Source: Bdellovibrionota bacterium
Lineage (GTDB): Bacteria; Bdellovibrionota_C; UBA2361; JBGSMV01
Direction: 5' to 3'
DNA: 64,000 nt
Assembly (NCBI GenBank): GCA_041739995.1
Contig: JBGSMV010000041.1
Coordinates: 1-64,000 of the forward strand
Position 1 is the first letter of the stretch, and every line of letters starts with the position of its first letter. The notes under the pieces are model-generated. The model saw nothing but the letters and a program-made list of their open reading frames with translations. It did not search any database and had not been told where the DNA came from. Positions 61,695 through 64,000 of the stretch are shown here, piece after piece. Made by a program: the position numbers and the translations under genes.

Positions 61695-64000
61695 CTACTG
61701 ACAATTTGAAGAGTTGGCGCACGCTCCTACTCGAAGCACAAACTGCTGTCCGTTCCGTCGATCCAATTTGTTAATCGCGTCAATAATCTTGATCGATTCG
61801 CTTTGACCAGATCGGGTTCGAGTCAAATTAATTTCTACCGGGCGGTCTGACTGATAGCCATACAGATTTACAAGGCTTCCTGAAACCGAGGGCAGAGTAT
61901 CGCGAATAATGGAGTTTCCACTCGATCGATAGCGAACAATGTCCCAAGTATACACGTCGGCTGCCGTGCTGCTTGGATCGTCAACGCTTAAGCGATAGGA
62001 ATGAGCCGAGGGGCTAATGGCAAGTCGAGTGACCCTAAATGAGAAACCATTGGGCATTGCTTGAACGACACGGACACCAGGAGCAGATACATCGGTCCTA
62101 TAATTGGCGCCATCATCGGAGGACTCACTTGCGCACATGCGCGTGTCACGAATGAAGCGCACATTATTACCAGGAGCCAGCAGAACCATATTGCTCATTC
62201 GGTCGCCGGTTAGCTCGTAGCACCACTCACCCGGCGCTGGATTTTCAGAACAAGATCTGAAGAACGAATCTGGAGAAGCGATCTCTGGTGTTCCGGCAAG
62301 TAGAGGTTCGGCTGCAGTAGTCCTATTTGAAATCCTAAATATATCGCAGGGTCCGAACTCAGACCCCTGCATAAATCGATAGGCAGTATAAGTGCTGCTG
62401 GTTGGATGGGTATATCGATTCTGAGATCTCTGAAATCCGCAGGAGTTGTTCAGGGTGAGCAGAGAGTCAAAATAATAATAGGGCGAATCAGTAGCGCACT
62501 GTCCTTCGGGATTATTCGACCCTGAGTTGATTGCTCCAAAGTTATGATTTACTCCCAAAAGAGTTCCAAAACCCGTACGGATTACTGTTTGAGCCGTGAC
62601 TGCGGGGGATCGTCGCTCCATGGTTGAATTGTTCTCATACTGCCCCGTTCCGGAATTAAAGCTGAGGCCCAGCGTCAAATAAGGGCTTGCTTGTGACAAC
62701 CGATGGGGTGCCGGATAGTTCAAGAGTCTAAAAGCGTCAGCTTGGCCCAGGGGCAAGCATCGAACGGGATCTTCTGAAGCATTCGCGCAGCAATTGGGCG
62801 CGTTTTGAAAGCTACTTTCTGAGCACAGGAAGCGCGCGTCAACGGGAATTCCCCGGCGCATGAGGGCCAATCGAATTTGATCTTCAAAAAAAGAAAAGCC
62901 TGGGTTGGCGGGGTCCGGCCAAAGCTGGCGCGCTGCTAACTGTAGTCGATGTCCGAAATATCTAATCGGCATCGGATTTGTTCTCTCTATAAGAGAGACG
63001 GTCTTGGCAATCAGTTTGTCGACATTTGAAAATCCAAGACCAAAATCATCGGCCAGGTCATGAAGAATCGCCGAAATCAAAAATCCCAACTCATCATCTG
63101 CCGCTAACGAACTGCCAGGAGGATAAATCCCATTGTCGGTGCTGACTGTAGGAACGAGTGCTTGCAGTGAAACGACAGCGCTGGCCTCAGGCGACTCATC
63201 GGTTACACCAACATACTCACGAATGTTAAACTTAGGATCGCAGGCTGGCCTTCGTTTTTGATGCCCAGCGGTGACGGTCTCGGTTCCGCAACCCAGGGTC
63301 GTATTTTTATAAGCCTGCATTTGCCAAAGTGTATGGCGAAACACATTTTCGGCCTGCGGGTCATTGAGAAGCTGGCCGTATCGAAATGAAAACCAATCCG
63401 AGAAGGCATCATTTAATGCCTCATACGCGCTGTAGCGATAATGATCACTACCCCAAGAGGTAGTATCGATGTCTGGACTGCCTTGCAGTTGATAGGCGGT
63501 TAAGGCCAAGGCATCCAGGGCTTCATAATAGCTAAATACGGTATTCACCGGAGCCGTGACACCGGTTCCAAAAAAGTAAAAGTGCGAATTAAAGAACTGG
63601 TTAAGGTTGATGTCGCCTCGCAAATCAATAACCAGGTTATTATTAGCGTTGATCCAAAAATTCTGCCGGACACGACCCGAAGCCGGGCCATCCCCGCGGA
63701 AAAAACGTTTCGTCACATTCTTTAAAATCTCTGGGGGAAGATTTAAGCCAGCATAGAACTGAGGATTGAGAATTCTTCGTTGGATGTCTGTGACGAAGAA
63801 ATACTGGTGAAGCTCGCCAAGCTTCATATGTTCATCTACAAAAATTTGATACCGAACAGTGGGGTCGGACTCGGCTAGGCCGGATCGCCAGTGAATCCGA
63901 AAGTCATTATTTTGATTTGTAAAAGTTGAGATAGGCGATCCTTCAAAGGTCGTTCGATCGACGCCATATTTTTGGCCGATGAGTGTTCCCGCATTGTCGT
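61695..64000 (-). CDS. Large M4/M36 (thermolysin/fungalysin)-like protein with degenerate Zn motifs; 5' end lies beyond the window
   Basis: Frame is open from 63827 to the window edge; GELHQYFFVTDIQR, NAN, YYEALDA, EALNDAFSDWF, ELGFLISAILHDL follow the M4/M36 motif order. Confidence 0.6.
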   Translation of the reverse strand, partial: DNAGTLIGQKYGVDRTTFEGSPISTFTNQNNDFRIHWRSGLAESDPTVRYQIFVDEHMKLGELHQYFFVTDIQRRILNPQFYAGLNLPPEILKNVTKRFFRGDGPASGRVRQNFWINANNNLVIDLRGDINLNQFFNSHFYFFGTGVTAPVNTVFSYYEALDALALTAYQLQGSPDIDTTSWGSDHYRYSAYEALNDAFSDWFSFRYGQLLNDPQAENVFRHTLWQMQAYKNTTLGCGTETVTAGHQKRRPACDPKFNIREYVGVTDESPEASAVVSLQALVPTVSTDNGIYPPGSSLAADDELGFLISAILHDLADDFGLGFSNVDKLIAKTVSLIERTNPMPIRYFGHRLQLAARQLWPDPANPGFSFFEDQIRLALMRRGIPVDARFLCSESSFQNAPNCCANASEDPVRCLPLGQADAFRLLNYPAPHRLSQASPYLTLGLSFNSGTGQYENNSTMERRSPAVTAQTVIRTGFGTLLGVNHNFGAINSGSNNPEGQCATDSPYYYFDSLLTLNNSCGFQRSQNRYTHPTSSTYTAYRFMQGSEFGPCDIFRISNRTTAAEPLLAGTPEIASPDSFFRSCSENPAPGEWCYELTGDRMSNMVLLAPGNNVRFIRDTRMCASESSDDGANYRTDVSAPGVRVVQAMPNGFSFRVTRLAISPSAHSYRLSVDDPSSTAADVYTWDIVRYRSSGNSIIRDTLPSVSGSLVNLYGYQSDRPVEINLTRTRSGQSESIKIIDAINKLDRRNGQQFVLRVGACANSSNCQ

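Overview
Bacterial chromosomal window of roughly 50-55% GC (estimated by eye). Gene content suggests a deltaproteobacterial/Bdellovibrionota-like Gram-negative organism; that assignment is inference only. Positions 1-51.8 kb are mostly housekeeping: an OmpR-type regulator, rplU-rpmA, obgE, rsfS, gpmI, nadD, comF, mazG, an orphan nuoA, tRNA-Arg(TCT), a membrane Ser/Thr kinase, rluA-like, lpdA-lipB-E1(alpha/beta fused)-E2, rsmD, a patatin-Omp85 protein, an RND efflux operon, dciA/ftsB, eno and lnt. Lineage-specific ORFans and many 15-21 bp tandem duplications are interspersed. From about 51.9 kb the window is accessory. It holds a truncated Y1/RAYT transposase, a collagen-like protein, an IS91-type transposase remnant and a large M4/M36-like protein whose zinc motifs are degenerate. 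It also holds a general-stress-type cluster (Crp/Fnr, ferritin-like, YSC84, CsbD, DUF1328, small lipoproteins) lying between two ~50 bp IS91/ISCR oriIS-like direct repeats. Other notable items are a putative tandem RyR-domain protein, a two-copy ~110 bp hairpin element and two candidate structured RNAs. All family calls come from motif recognition by eye, with no database search.
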